A stretch of 64,000 nucleotides of DNA. It comes from Syntrophorhabdaceae bacterium. GTDB taxonomy: Bacteria > Desulfobacterota > Deferrimicrobia > Deferrimicrobiales > Deferrimicrobiaceae. A program made the translations under genes and the position numbers. The stretch spans positions 4,612 through 68,611 of the forward strand of contig WRHP01000002.1 of the NCBI GenBank assembly GCA_009783195.1. Reading direction: 5' to 3'. Positions within the stretch are counted from its first letter, which is position 1. Each line of letters opens with the position of its first letter. Below, one piece after another: positions 8,445 to 18,704 of the stretch. The notes beneath the pieces were generated by a model. It saw nothing but the letters and a program-made list of their open reading frames with translations. It was not told the DNA's origin and searched no databases.

Positions 8445-9746
8445 ATGATCTGGAACGAGGAATTTGAAACTCTGCCGCGGGAGGCGATAGAGGCGCTTCA
8501 GCTCAAGCGGTTGCGCGGCCTTGTGGATAGGGTGTACGGGACGGTTCCGTTTTATCGGGAAAGGCTCGATGATAGCGGGTACCGTCCGGGCGACATCCGG
8601 TCGCTTTCGGATCTTTCCCGCCTGCCGTTTACCACCAAGGCCGACCTGCGCGATACATACCCGTTCGGGATGTTTGCCGTGCCGATGGAGCGGGTGGTAC
8701 GTATCCACGCTTCTTCGGGCACCACCGGCAAGCCGGTCGTCGTCGGCTATACCCGGCGGGATATCGACACATGGGCCGAGCTGATGGCGCGGACGCTCTC
8801 CTGCGGCGGGACGACGAAAGGAGACGTGGTTCAAAACGCCTATGGTTACGGTCTTTTCACCGGGGGGCTTGGAGCGCATTACGGCGCGGAGAAGATCGGC
8901 GCGGCGGTCATCCCCATCTCCGGAGGAAACAGCAAGCGGCAGATTATGCTGATGCAGGATTTCGGCTCCACCGTCATCACCTCTACGCCGTCGTATGCGC
9001 TGAATCTGGCCGAGGTAATGGCGGAAGAGGGAGTGGACCCCTCTTCGCTCAAGCTTCGGTACGGTCTTTTTGGCGCGGAGCCGTGGAGCGAAGGCATGCG
9101 CAAGGAAATCGAAAAGAAACTTCGTATAGACGCTATCGATATCTACGGGCTTTCGGAAGTAATAGGACCGGGCGTTGCGTCCGAGTGTCTTGAAACAAAG
9201 CACGGACTGCATGTCTTTGAGGATCACTTCATTCCCGAGATCATTGATCCGGATACGGGTAAGACGCTTCCTTACGGGGAAAAAGGGGAGCTGGTTTTTA
9301 CCACGATCACGAAGGAGGCGTTCCCGGTTATCCGGTATCGGACGCGCGATATTTCACGCCTGATCGCGGAGCCATGCGCGTGCGGGCGCACGCACATCCG
9401 CATGGAACGTATCTCCGGCCGCTCGGACGACATGCTTATTATCCGCGGGGTCAACGTATTCCCGTCGCAGATCGAGACGGTGCTTATGACGGTCAAGGGT
9501 GTGGAGCCGCACTACCAGCTTATCGTCACCCGCCAGGAGTCGCTTGATGTCCTTGAGGTGCAGGTTGAGGTGGACGAGTCGGTCTTCACTGACGCGGTGA
9601 AGGGGCTTGAAGGGCTTGCCCGCAACGTAGAGCGCGAGATCAGAGATGTGCTCGGAATCTCCTGCAAGGTCAAACTTGTGGAGCCAAAGACGATCCAGCG
9701 CAGCGACGGGAAGGCCAAACGCATTATCGACAAGCGGGAAATCTAA
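8445..9746 (+). CDS. paaK: Phenylacetate-CoA ligase family protein (copy 1)
   Basis: [73 protein letters not shown]...[19 protein letters not shown] is diagnostic for PaaK. ATG 8445 has an AGGAGAGG SD. Confidence 0.92.
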   Translation: MIWNEEFETLPREAIEALQLKRLRGLVDRVYGTVPFYRERLDDSGYRPGDIRSLSDLSRLPFTTKADLRDTYPFGMFAVPMERVVRIHASSGTTGKPVVVGYTRRDIDTWAELMARTLSCGGTTKGDVVQNAYGYGLFTGGLGAHYGAEKIGAAVIPISGGNSKRQIMLMQDFGSTVITSTPSYALNLAEVMAEEGVDPSSLKLRYGLFGAEPWSEGMRKEIEKKLRIDAIDIYGLSEVIGPGVASECLETKHGLHVFEDHFIPEIIDPDTGKTLPYGEKGELVFTTITKEAFPVIRYRTRDISRLIAEPCACGRTHIRMERISGRSDDMLIIRGVNVFPSQIETVLMTVKGVEPHYQLIVTRQESLDVLEVQVEVDESVFTDAVKGLEGLARNVEREIRDVLGISCKVKLVEPKTIQRSDGKAKRIIDKREI

Positions 9747-9758
9747 GCGGAGGGCGCC

Positions 9759-10190
9759 ATGAAAGTCGGGCAGATATCGATTTTCCTTGAGAACAAATCG
9801 GGCCGTCTTGCCGAGGTTACGGAAACTCTGGCCAAGGCAGGGGTAAATATTCGCGCGTTGTCTTTGGCCGACACGGCGGATTTTGGCATTTTGCGGCTTA
9901 TTGTGGATGACACCGACAAAGCCAGGCAAGCTATGAAGGATAGCGGTTTTACGGTGAGCAAAACCGATGTTGTCGCTCTCGAAGTTCCGGACAAGCCGGG
10001 AGGGCTGTCGGGAATTCTTGCCACGCTGGATAAGGCCGCTATCAACGTGGAATATATGTACGCGTTCGTGCAGCACTCTGGGGCCAACGCGATCATCATC
10101 TTCAGGTTCGACGATCCGGACAAGGCGGCCAGGGTTCTAAAGGACGCGGGCGTCCGGGTTCTGGAGCCTGACGAGGTTTACAAACTTTAA
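9759..10190 (+). CDS. ACT-domain (amino-acid-binding) protein, tandem ACT
   Basis: [31 protein letters not shown] and [30 protein letters not shown] are two ACT-like beta-alpha-beta-beta-alpha-beta units. This arrangement is commonly found next to paaK/ior genes. Confidence 0.85.
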   Translation: MKVGQISIFLENKSGRLAEVTETLAKAGVNIRALSLADTADFGILRLIVDDTDKARQAMKDSGFTVSKTDVVALEVPDKPGGLSGILATLDKAAINVEYMYAFVQHSGANAIIIFRFDDPDKAARVLKDAGVRVLEPDEVYKL

Positions 10191-11467
10191 GATTTACGCG
10201 GCGCGTCCTGGGAGCGCGCGGCGGGCGTCTCCTCCGGGGCTTTCAGGAAGGCCGAAAGGACGATTGCCAGGCAGGTAAATGTCGCGGCAAGAAAAAAGCT
10301 TGCCGAAAAGTTTCCCACCCGTTGCGCCACCATCCCCGCGATCGCCGGTCCCGACATCTGGCCGATCCCCAGCATAAATGTAACCAGTCCTAACGCTTCC
10401 GCGGCTCTGCCCGCCCCCACGTAATCGCCCATCGACGCCGCCATAATGCCCGGAATACTCCACGCGGTTATTCCGAAGAACAGGATCGACAGGTACAAGA
10501 AAGCGCCCGGCAACCGCATTGCGATCAACAGGTAGGCGACGGCTTGCAGGGAGAAAACCAGGATAAATCCGGTTTTTCGGCCGAGCCGGTCGGATAGCGC
10601 GCCAAATACAGGTCCGGAGAACAGGCTCAAGAATCCAAGCCACATCCATAACACGCCCGCCGTGTTCTCCGGGAATCCCCGCTCCTCGACCATGACCGTT
10701 ACGATGAACATCGAATAGACCATGTAGGAGAGGCCAAAGAAAAAGTATATTGCGCCAAGGTGATAGATAATTTTGTTCAGGTAGATACTTGTTTTTCCGG
10801 CGCCAGGGGAGTCCGTAGGCGCGGGAAGCGGATCTTCTCCGCCTCCTGCCGGCGTAAGGTTTAGCTCCTGAGGCCGGTTTCTCAATACCGCAAAAGCAAC
10901 GCAGGCAACTATGACCGTAGCCGCGCCGAGGATTCGCCAGCTTAACCGCCACCCTTGTATTCCGGCTATCCGGTTGACGTAGGGGATCAGCACTCCGCTG
11001 ATCATGATGGCGATGCCGCTTCCGACGACAATAAGGCCGGCCGCGCGTCCCCGCAGTCTTTTGGAGAACCATGCGGAGGCAAGTCCCATAGACGGGACAC
11101 TTGCAGCCGCGCTGCAAAGGCCGATCACCACGTTCAGCAGGAAAAGAGAGGTGAAGCTGTTTGCCCATGTGGCCAGCGTCATGAAGGTTCCGGCGGCGAC
11201 AAGGGCGCAAAAGATGAATATTCTTGGGCCTGTTTTGACGGATAACCTGGCGATCAGCAACGCGGAGACGAGGTACCCCAGAAGATTGGCGGAGCTGATG
11301 AACCCTCTTTGGTAATATGCCAGTTTGAGGTCGGCGCTCATCGACGGAAGCAGCACGCCCAAGGTGAAGCGGCAAAACCCGAGGGCGGCCGTGACGCAGA
11401 TCATCGCAACGAAAGCGACTATCCATCCGTAATGGATGCGCTGTTTGCTTTGCTCAAAAGCGTTCAT
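10187..11467 (-). CDS. MFS transporter
   Basis: About 12 hydrophobic segments and an MFS-like loop ([12 protein letters not shown]). I place the start at ATG 11467 (GAGGA SD); ATG 11497 is an alternative. Confidence 0.8.
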   Translation of the reverse strand: MNAFEQSKQRIHYGWIVAFVAMICVTAALGFCRFTLGVLLPSMSADLKLAYYQRGFISSANLLGYLVSALLIARLSVKTGPRIFIFCALVAAGTFMTLATWANSFTSLFLLNVVIGLCSAAASVPSMGLASAWFSKRLRGRAAGLIVVGSGIAIMISGVLIPYVNRIAGIQGWRLSWRILGAATVIVACVAFAVLRNRPQELNLTPAGGGEDPLPAPTDSPGAGKTSIYLNKIIYHLGAIYFFFGLSYMVYSMFIVTVMVEERGFPENTAGVLWMWLGFLSLFSGPVFGALSDRLGRKTGFILVFSLQAVAYLLIAMRLPGAFLYLSILFFGITAWSIPGIMAASMGDYVGAGRAAEALGLVTFMLGIGQMSGPAIAGMVAQRVGNFSASFFLAATFTCLAIVLSAFLKAPEETPAARSQDAPRKS

Positions 11468-11664
11468 GGAGTCCTCGCAATTATGCCCGCGATTCAAGTC
11501 GCGGGTTATTTACAGGATGAATGACGAATAATAGCATTTGGAGGCGGCAATCAAGGCATCTAATGTGGACCGCGAAGCGGAACTGATTTAAGATACGCAA
11601 TGCTTTATTGGTGCGCGTTTCCTCAGGTTTTGCCAAAAATGCCGTTCATGGGGGATCAAGGGCG

Positions 11665-12813
11665 ATGAATCGCAAAGCGGTGTGGTTTGGTTTTGTGTTT
11701 GTTTTCGCTATGTTGCTGGGGGCGATTGCTCAAGCGGTGGAGCCGGTAAAAATCGGGGCGGTTTTCTCGGTGACAGGTCCGGCGTCGTTTCTCGGGGAGC
11801 CGAAGCGAAATACGGTCAAGATGCTCGAGGCGGACATCAACCGGTCCGGCGGAATCCTCGGACGCCCTGTGGAATTCATAGTTTACGACGATGAGTCGGA
11901 TGCCACGAAGACGGTTACGGCTGTGGACCGCCTTATAAAGAAGGACCGCGTGGCGGCCATCATAGGCCCGTCGATTTCCGGAAACACCCTTGCGGTGATT
12001 CCAAAGGCCGGGGCGGAAAAGATACCTCTGATTTCCTGCGCGGCGGCAAAAAAGATAACCTCTCCGGTCCATCCGTACATCTTCAAGGTGGCTCCGAGCG
12101 ACCTGCTGGCGGCAAAGAGAATCTTTCAGGATATGAAGAACCGCAAGCTCGCCAAGGTCGCCATAATCACGGCCTCCGACGGATACGGCGCCGGAGGGCG
12201 CGAGGACATGAAGGAGCTTGCCCCGCAAATGGGGATCTCGATCGTTGCGGATGAAGTTTATGGGCCCAAGGACACGGACATGACGGCGCAACTGACCAAG
12301 ATCAAGGGGACGGACGCGCAGGCGATTGTGTGCTGGGGCACCAATCCGGGGCCGGCGGTCATTGCCCGGAACCGGGTGCAGCTTGGCATCAAAACCCCTC
12401 TCTACATGAGCTCCGGCGTTGCCTCCAAGAAGTTCATTGAACTTGCCGGCGCGGAAAACGCCGAGGGGATTCTTTTGCCGGCGGCGCGGCTGATTGTGGA
12501 GCCGCAGATTCCGGCGGATCACCCGCAAAAGAAAGTTATCGTGAACTACATCAAGGATTACGAAGGAAAGTACAAACAGCCTGTCTCCACCTTTGGGGGC
12601 CACGCCCACGATGCCGTAGGCATTCTGGTTCAGGCGATCAAGGACGCCAATTCTACCGATCCCAAAGCTATTCGGGATGCGCTGGAAAAGGTCAAGGGCT
12701 TCCAGGGAACCTGGGGCGAATTTAACTTCACCCCGGAAGAGCATACCGGTCTGACGGAAGAAGCGTTTGTTATGGTGAAGATAGTCAACGGCGATTGGCA
12801 GATGCTCAAGTAG
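11665..12813 (+). CDS. ABC transporter substrate-binding protein, branched-chain amino acid (LivK/LivJ-like) family
   Basis: Signal peptide MNRKAVWFGFVFVFAMLLGAIAQA, then KIGAVFSVTGPASFLGEP......GGILGRPVEFIVYDDESD, typical of the type-I periplasmic binding fold. It heads a livHMGF-like operon. Confidence 0.9.
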   Translation: MNRKAVWFGFVFVFAMLLGAIAQAVEPVKIGAVFSVTGPASFLGEPKRNTVKMLEADINRSGGILGRPVEFIVYDDESDATKTVTAVDRLIKKDRVAAIIGPSISGNTLAVIPKAGAEKIPLISCAAAKKITSPVHPYIFKVAPSDLLAAKRIFQDMKNRKLAKVAIITASDGYGAGGREDMKELAPQMGISIVADEVYGPKDTDMTAQLTKIKGTDAQAIVCWGTNPGPAVIARNRVQLGIKTPLYMSSGVASKKFIELAGAENAEGILLPAARLIVEPQIPADHPQKKVIVNYIKDYEGKYKQPVSTFGGHAHDAVGILVQAIKDANSTDPKAIRDALEKVKGFQGTWGEFNFTPEEHTGLTEEAFVMVKIVNGDWQMLK

Positions 12814-12815
12814 AG

Positions 12816-13700
12816 ATGCCTACGGCTTCCGCTCTTCTGCAATACGTTATATCGGGCGCGACGGTAGGATCGACGTACGGGCTGGCCGCTCTCGGGTTTA
12901 CGGTTATCTACAACACCGCCGGAATCATCAATTTCGCCCAAGGCGAATTTGTGATGCTGGGGGGGATGCTGGCGGTGTTCGCGCTACGGTGGGGCGGGGT
13001 TCCGTTGCCGCTTGCGGTTCCTCTTGCCGTGCTGGCGGTCACCGTAGTCGGAATTATGGTGAACCGGGTCACTATCAGGCCGGTGCGGGGACGTTCTCCT
13101 CTTACGTTGATAATCATAACGATCGGCGTGTCGATCCTTTTGCGCGGCGGCGCAATGCTTATATTTGGCAAGGATACCTTTGCTCTCCCCGCGTTTTCCG
13201 GAGGCGGGCCGATACAGGTGGGCGGAGCGGCGCTTTTGCCGCAGTCGCTGTGGGTCTTTGGCATTACGCTTTTAACCGTGTTGGGAATGAAATTTTTCTT
13301 CGAACATACATTGACGGGCAAGGCGATGCTTGCCTGCTCCAGCGACCGGAAAGCGGCGTCGCTTATGGGAATCCATGTTGATTTTATGGTTACGCTTTCG
13401 TTTGCGTTCTCTGCTTTTGTCGGGGCGGTAGGCGGGGTGATTCTGGCCCCTATCACGCTTACGGCTTACGACGCGGGTATTCTGCTTGGTCTCAAGGGGT
13501 TTGCGGCATGTATTCTCGGCGGTCTTGGTAACCCGTTTGGCGCGGTGATCGGCGGTATCCTGCTTGGGATTCTTGAGTCGCTGGGCGCCGGGTTTATCTC
13601 TTCCGGGTACAAGGACGCGGTCGCTTTCATCATAATGCTTGGTCTTCTGTTTTGGCGTCCATCGGGCCTGTTCGGGGGCTCGCAGGCGGAGCGGGTCTGA
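12816..13700 (+). CDS. livH: Branched-chain amino acid ABC transporter permease (LivH-like)
   Basis: LLQYVISGATVGSTYGLAALGFTVIYNTAGIINFAQGEFVMLG is the LivH N-terminal signature. Polytopic membrane protein. Confidence 0.9.
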   Translation: MPTASALLQYVISGATVGSTYGLAALGFTVIYNTAGIINFAQGEFVMLGGMLAVFALRWGGVPLPLAVPLAVLAVTVVGIMVNRVTIRPVRGRSPLTLIIITIGVSILLRGGAMLIFGKDTFALPAFSGGGPIQVGGAALLPQSLWVFGITLLTVLGMKFFFEHTLTGKAMLACSSDRKAASLMGIHVDFMVTLSFAFSAFVGAVGGVILAPITLTAYDAGILLGLKGFAACILGGLGNPFGAVIGGILLGILESLGAGFISSGYKDAVAFIIMLGLLFWRPSGLFGGSQAERV

Positions 13701-13702
13701 AC

Positions 13703-14692
13703 ATGAAATCGCAAGTCTTGAGGAACAACGCGTGGCTGCTTGCCTTTGCTGCTGTGGCGGCTTTGCCGCTTGTCCTCCCAAACGACTATTATCTGACTGT
13801 CCTGATCGTCGGCGGTCTCTACACTATCCTCTCTATCGGTTTGAACCTTTTGATGGGATACGCCGGGCAGGCTTCGTTGGGCCATGCCGCTTTTTACGGC
13901 CTGTCGGCGTATACGACCGGCATCCTTGCCGTTACGTATCAGTGGCCGGTGTGGGCGGGGATTCTCGCGGGACTCGCGCTTTCCTCTCTGGTGTCGTATC
14001 TGATCGCCGTGCCTACGCTTAAGCTTCGCGGCAATTATCTTGCCATGGGGACGCTGGGCTTTGGCGTCATCGTATTCATCGTCTTGAACGAGGCGACCTC
14101 TGTTACGGGCGGCCCCTCTGGTTTCACCGGGATTCCAAAGCTGTCGATCGGCGGAAAGGAGTTTTCGTCCGATCTCGAATATTACTACGTGGTCTGGGCG
14201 GCTGTGCTGTTGTTGTTTGCCCTGTCGCGCAACCTGGTGCGCTCCCGCATGGGCCGCGCTTTGCGGGCGATTCACACCAGCGAGACCGCGGCATCGGCGC
14301 TTGGGGTCGATACGCAGCGGTACAAGATCTTCGTTTTTGTCCTCTCCGCGTTTTACGCCGCTGTCGCGGGAGTTCTTTATGCCCATTACGTGACTTTCGT
14401 TTCCCCCGGCACTTTCGGGTTCCCCACCTCGATACTGCTGGTAACTATGGTGGTTCTTGGCGGTATGGCGTCGCTGTGGGGCGCGGTTCTCGGCGCGCTG
14501 TTTTTGACGCTTCTTCCGGAGTGGCTAAGAGCGATCGAGCACTTCGATATCCTGGTTTACGGGGCGATCCTGGTCCTATGCATGATGTTTCTCCCCGGAG
14601 GTTTGGCCGAGGGCGCGCAAAAGGCGTGGGATGCTTCGCTGTCGCTGTTTCGCAAAAAAGGCGCGGCGGCGGAAGAAGGCGGCGGGCAGTGA
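13703..14692 (+). CDS. livM: Branched-chain amino acid ABC transporter permease (LivM-like)
   Basis: LSIGLNLLMGYAGQASLGHAAFYGLSAYT is the LivM signature. ATG 13703 lies 3 nt after the livH stop. Confidence 0.9.
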   Translation: MKSQVLRNNAWLLAFAAVAALPLVLPNDYYLTVLIVGGLYTILSIGLNLLMGYAGQASLGHAAFYGLSAYTTGILAVTYQWPVWAGILAGLALSSLVSYLIAVPTLKLRGNYLAMGTLGFGVIVFIVLNEATSVTGGPSGFTGIPKLSIGGKEFSSDLEYYYVVWAAVLLLFALSRNLVRSRMGRALRAIHTSETAASALGVDTQRYKIFVFVLSAFYAAVAGVLYAHYVTFVSPGTFGFPTSILLVTMVVLGGMASLWGAVLGALFLTLLPEWLRAIEHFDILVYGAILVLCMMFLPGGLAEGAQKAWDASLSLFRKKGAAAEEGGGQ

Positions 14693-15471
14693 GCGAAAGG
14701 CCGCACGAAGATATGTACTTTCACGGAAGCGGCATTTCGCTGCGCTTTGGAGGCGTGGCCGCGCTTTCGGAAGTCGGGTTTCAGGTGCGGCGCAATTCCC
14801 TTCAGGCGATCATTGGGCCAAACGGCGCGGGAAAAACTTCGCTGTTCAACGTGATAACCGGGTTTTACCGGATGGACGAGGGGGATGTTCGTCTCGACGG
14901 GGATCTTATCTCCGGATTGCCGCCGCATCTTGTCGCGCGGCACGGGATCGTGCGCACCTTTCAAAACCTTGAGATATTCACCAACATGACGGTTATCGAG
15001 AATGTCCTCACCGGCGGCCACTTAAGGGTTGGGTACGGTCCACTTGATTTCTTTTTTCGCACTCCGCGATTTTTCCGGGAGGAACGAAAACTGCGTGAGC
15101 TGGCCAAGGAGTGTCTCGATTTCGTCGGCCTGTTCGAGCGGCGCGACCTTCCGGCGGGACAGCTTCCCTTCGGGTCACAGAGACTTTTGGAGATAGCAAG
15201 GGCGCTGGCGGCGGAGCCGAAGGCGCTTTTGCTGGATGAGCCCGCGGCGGGGCTTAACATGAAAGAGACGGCGGCGCTTGGGGAGCTGATTCGCCGGATC
15301 ATCGACCGGGGGATAACGGTGGTTATGGTGGAGCACGACATGAACCTCGTTATGCGGATCTCCGACCGGATCATGGTGCTGAACTCCGGCCGGGTGATTG
15401 CCGACGGCACGCCCGCGGAGGTTCGTGAAAACCCAACCGTTATTGCCGCGTATCTCGGAGAAGAAGAGTAA
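14689..15471 (+). CDS. livG: Branched-chain amino acid ABC transporter ATP-binding protein (LivG-like)
   Basis: Walker A GPNGAGKTS, signature LPFGSQRLLEIARAL, Walker B LLLDEPAAG. GTG 14689 overlaps the livM TGA; ATG 14713 is an alternative. Confidence 0.9.
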   Translation: MSERPHEDMYFHGSGISLRFGGVAALSEVGFQVRRNSLQAIIGPNGAGKTSLFNVITGFYRMDEGDVRLDGDLISGLPPHLVARHGIVRTFQNLEIFTNMTVIENVLTGGHLRVGYGPLDFFFRTPRFFREERKLRELAKECLDFVGLFERRDLPAGQLPFGSQRLLEIARALAAEPKALLLDEPAAGLNMKETAALGELIRRIIDRGITVVMVEHDMNLVMRISDRIMVLNSGRVIADGTPAEVRENPTVIAAYLGEEE

Positions 15472-15475
15472 CGCC

Positions 15476-16210
15476 ATGCTGCGGATCAAGAACCTGCAGG
15501 TTTACTACGGCATGATCCACGCGCTGCGGGCGGTGTCGCTCCACGTAAAAGAGAAAGAAATAGTGGCGCTTATCGGAGCAAACGGCGCGGGCAAGACCAC
15601 GCTTCTTTCCGCTGTTTCCGGTTTGGTGCGCCCGGCGTCCGGAGAGGTGAACTTTTACGGAAAGGATATTACCCATGAGCGGGCGGACCGGATCGTCCGG
15701 GAAGGGATTGCTCATGTGCCCGAGGGCAGGCATGTTTTCAAGCCGCTGTCGGTAGAGGACAACCTGCTGCTTGGTTCGTATCACCGGTACTCTCTGCGGC
15801 GTCGGGTGGCGATCCGTGGAGAGATAGACGGGATTTTCTCCCTTTTCCCTGTTTTGGCCGACCGGAGAAAGCAGCTTGCCGGGACGCTATCAGGCGGGGA
15901 GCAGCAGATGCTGGCCATCGGACGGGCGCTTCTTTCCTCTCCAAAGGCGCTTTTGCTGGATGAGCCGTCAATGGGGCTGGCGCCCAAGATTGTAAAAGAG
16001 ATCTTCGGGCACATTTCAAAACTCAGAAAAGAGCGCGATATGACGATATTCCTGGTTGAGCAGAACGCGCGCGGGGCGCTGTCGATCGCGGACCGGGGAT
16101 ACGTGCTGGAGACGGGAAGAGTGGTGTTGCACGGATCATCGGAGGAGTTGCTGGCGAACCGGGATGTGCAGCGGGCGTACTTGGGGCGAGAGGACTTGAC
16201 GGAGGGATGA
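15476..16210 (+). CDS. livF: Branched-chain amino acid ABC transporter ATP-binding protein (LivF-like)
   Basis: Walker [10 protein letters not shown], signature [15 protein letters not shown], Walker [11 protein letters not shown]. Confidence 0.92.
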   Translation: MLRIKNLQVYYGMIHALRAVSLHVKEKEIVALIGANGAGKTTLLSAVSGLVRPASGEVNFYGKDITHERADRIVREGIAHVPEGRHVFKPLSVEDNLLLGSYHRYSLRRRVAIRGEIDGIFSLFPVLADRRKQLAGTLSGGEQQMLAIGRALLSSPKALLLDEPSMGLAPKIVKEIFGHISKLRKERDMTIFLVEQNARGALSIADRGYVLETGRVVLHGSSEELLANRDVQRAYLGREDLTEG

Positions 16211-17511
16211 CGATGTACTGGGAACCCGATAAGGAGTGCATGGACGGCGAGGAACTGGAGCAGTTGCAGCTTGAGCGGCTGCAAGCGACACTCAACCGCG
16301 TTTATGCGCATGTGCCGTTCTACCGGAAGAAGTTCGACGAGATGGGTATTTCACCCGAAGACATCAGTTCGCTTTCGGATATAGCGCGCCTTCCCTTCAC
16401 CGCCAAGGCGGATTTGCGGGACAACTATCCGTACGGCCTGTTCGCCATGCCGATGCGGGAAGTGGTGCGGGTCCACGCTTCGAGCGGCTCAACCGGCATG
16501 GCCACGGTAGTCGGCTACACCCGCAACGACATGAGGCATTGGAGCAACCTTGTGGCGCGGGTTATCACCGCGGCGGGAGTTACAAAAGACGACGTCATCC
16601 AGATTGCCTTCGGGTACGGTTTGTTTACCGGCGCTTTTGGCCTTCACCAGGGCGCGGAACGTATCGGGGCGTCGGTCATCCCCGCCTCCAGCGGGAACAC
16701 GTTGCGGCAGATCCAGATAATGAAAGACTTCAAGACAACGGCTCTGGTCGGAACCCCTTCGTATGCAATGCTGATCGGCGAGACGCTGCGGGAAAAAGGG
16801 ATTCCTGTTTCCGCCCTGTCTCTCAAGTTCGGGTTGTTTGGGTCCGAACCGTGGTCCGAGGCGATGCGCAAAGAGATCGAGTCGAGGCTGGGGATTATTG
16901 CCACCGACAACTATGGATTGTCCGAGGTTATGGGGCCGGGCATTTCCGGGGAGTGTCTGGAGCGTAACGGCCTTCATTTCAACGAGGACCACTTCCTGGT
17001 CGAGGTAATTGATCCGGAGACGCTTGCGCCCGTGGCGGAGGGCGAGGAGGGCGAGCTGGTTATCACCTCGCTGACCAAAGAAGCGTTTCCGATGATCCGG
17101 TACAGGACAAGAGACCGTATCCGCATATTAAAAGGCGACTGTCCTTGCGGCCGGACGGGACGGCGTATGAGCCGGGTGCTTGGCCGCACCGACGACATGG
17201 TTATCATCCGTGGGGTAAATGTCTACCCAATCCAGATCGAAAACGTACTGACGGAGATCGGAGGAGGGCAGCCGCACTACCAGATTGTCGTTGACCGGAA
17301 TGGCGCTATGGACGAGGCAACGGTGCTGGTCGGGGCGGAGGAGTCGATTTTCTTCGACCAGATGAAGCGCCAAAAAGACATGGTGGACCGGATCAAGGCC
17401 CGGATCGTTCAGGAGATCGGGGTTAGCGTGGATGTAAAGCTTGTGGAGAAAAAAACGCTTTGTCGATCAGACGGGAAGACGCAATCGGTCATCGATAACA
17501 GAAAACTGTAG
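16207..17511 (+). CDS. paaK: Phenylacetate-CoA ligase family protein (copy 2)
   Basis: [90 protein letters not shown] is a clear paralogue of the 8445-9746 gene. ATGA overlap with the livF stop. Confidence 0.92.
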   Translation: MTMYWEPDKECMDGEELEQLQLERLQATLNRVYAHVPFYRKKFDEMGISPEDISSLSDIARLPFTAKADLRDNYPYGLFAMPMREVVRVHASSGSTGMATVVGYTRNDMRHWSNLVARVITAAGVTKDDVIQIAFGYGLFTGAFGLHQGAERIGASVIPASSGNTLRQIQIMKDFKTTALVGTPSYAMLIGETLREKGIPVSALSLKFGLFGSEPWSEAMRKEIESRLGIIATDNYGLSEVMGPGISGECLERNGLHFNEDHFLVEVIDPETLAPVAEGEEGELVITSLTKEAFPMIRYRTRDRIRILKGDCPCGRTGRRMSRVLGRTDDMVIIRGVNVYPIQIENVLTEIGGGQPHYQIVVDRNGAMDEATVLVGAEESIFFDQMKRQKDMVDRIKARIVQEIGVSVDVKLVEKKTLCRSDGKTQSVIDNRKL

Positions 17512-17536
17512 GGCTTTTGTTCAAGGCGGGACTTTT

Positions 17537-18373
17537 ATGAGGTTTGGCACGCTGTACATAGTCGCTACGCCGCTTGGAAACCTGGAGGATGTCACTTTCC
17601 GTTCTTTGCGGGTGCTGCGGGAAGTCCCGCTGATAGCCTGCGAGGATACCCGGCGCACCGTCAAGCTGCTCAATCGCTACGAGATCCGCACCCAGATGAT
17701 TCCTTTCCACGACCATAACAAGCTGGCGGCGGGGACGGGGCTGCTGCGCCGCCTGCGCGACGGGCAAAGCGTGGCGCTGGTTTCCGACGCGGGAACGCCC
17801 GGCATCTCCGATCCTGGATACGAACTGGTCCGCGACGCGGTGGCCGAGGGGATTCCGGTCGAAGTCGTTCCGGGTCCGTCGGCGCTGATCTCGGCGCTTG
17901 TCGTTTCAGGGCTTCCCACCGACCGCTTTGTCTTCGAGGGGTTTCTTCCGAACCGTTCCGAGCGGCGTCGGAAAGCGCTCAAGGCGTTATCGGCTGAAAC
18001 GCGAACGCTGATTTTTTACGAGTCGCCGCAGCGGATTGCGGCTTTCCTTGCCGACGCCTCGGAGATTTTGGGCGACCGGAGAGGCTGTATAGTCCGGGAG
18101 CTGACGAAGGTTCACGAGGAAATCCTGCGCGGAACATTGCCGGAGCTTTTCGGTGAAATATCAAAGCGTGAAAGTATTCCGGGCGAGATTACCGTCGTGC
18201 TTGAGGGCGCCCCGAAGGCGGTTGTTTTTTCCGTGGAGGCGGCTGTGTCGGAAGCGCTTGAGGTGGCGCCGGACTCTGTGAGTTCACGGGATCTGGCGCG
18301 GGATATTTCAGGCCGGACAGGGTTGTCGAAGAAAGAAGTGTATGCGGAAATTCTACGGAGACGCGAGCAATGA
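17537..18373 (+). CDS. rsmI: 16S rRNA (cytidine1402-2'-O)-methyltransferase RsmI
   Basis: GTLYIVATPLGNLEDVTFRSLRVLREVPLIACEDTRRTVKLL...LVSDAGTPGISDPGYELV is the tetrapyrrole-methylase-fold RsmI signature. Confidence 0.92.
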   Translation: MRFGTLYIVATPLGNLEDVTFRSLRVLREVPLIACEDTRRTVKLLNRYEIRTQMIPFHDHNKLAAGTGLLRRLRDGQSVALVSDAGTPGISDPGYELVRDAVAEGIPVEVVPGPSALISALVVSGLPTDRFVFEGFLPNRSERRRKALKALSAETRTLIFYESPQRIAAFLADASEILGDRRGCIVRELTKVHEEILRGTLPELFGEISKRESIPGEITVVLEGAPKAVVFSVEAAVSEALEVAPDSVSSRDLARDISGRTGLSKKEVYAEILRRREQ

Positions 18374-18422
18374 AACTTTTGCGGACCAGCGGATTTGTTG
18401 TCGGGCGGCAATATATGTTTTT

Positions 18423-18698
18423 TTAAGGTTTTCTCCTGCGCGTAACCCAGTACACAGCTCCGGCCCCCACGGTGAAGACGACAATAAGTGACGCGATCTC
18501 GAATTTTCTGTAGCTGGTACGGCTTGCTTTTTCCATCGCCGCGCGGTCTTCGAAAGTGAGTTCTTCATGGTTTTTCGACACGGCGGGAGTGTGGAGGACA
18601 AACGACAAGAACAGCGCGAAGGCCAAGGCGGCTATGGCACACGCTATTCGCGCGCCAGATGGATATTCGCGTTGATTGGTCCGGCGGACAGGCTTCAT
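18423..18698 (-). CDS. Hypothetical small membrane protein (two predicted TM helices)
   Basis: 91-aa ORF with two hydrophobic stretches (IACAIAALAFALFLSFVL; IASLIVVFTVGAGAVYWV). I recognise no family. Confidence 0.4.
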   Translation of the reverse strand: MKPVRRTNQREYPSGARIACAIAALAFALFLSFVLHTPAVSKNHEELTFEDRAAMEKASRTSYRKFEIASLIVVFTVGAGAVYWVTRRRKP

Positions 18699-18704
18699 TC
18701 GAAC

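Noticed and set aside
8082-9227. 381-aa ORF on the - strand. Similar long antisense or alternative-frame ORFs occur at 7171-8082, 9354-10076, 10194-11426, 11656-12744, 13466-14386, 19591-20583, 3958-4608 and 5157-5882.
   Set aside because: Each overlaps a strongly supported gene (iorAB, paaK, MFS, livK/H/M, radical SAM/acyP/ligA, rnhB/yraN, pfk) on the opposite strand or in another frame, and shows no family motifs.
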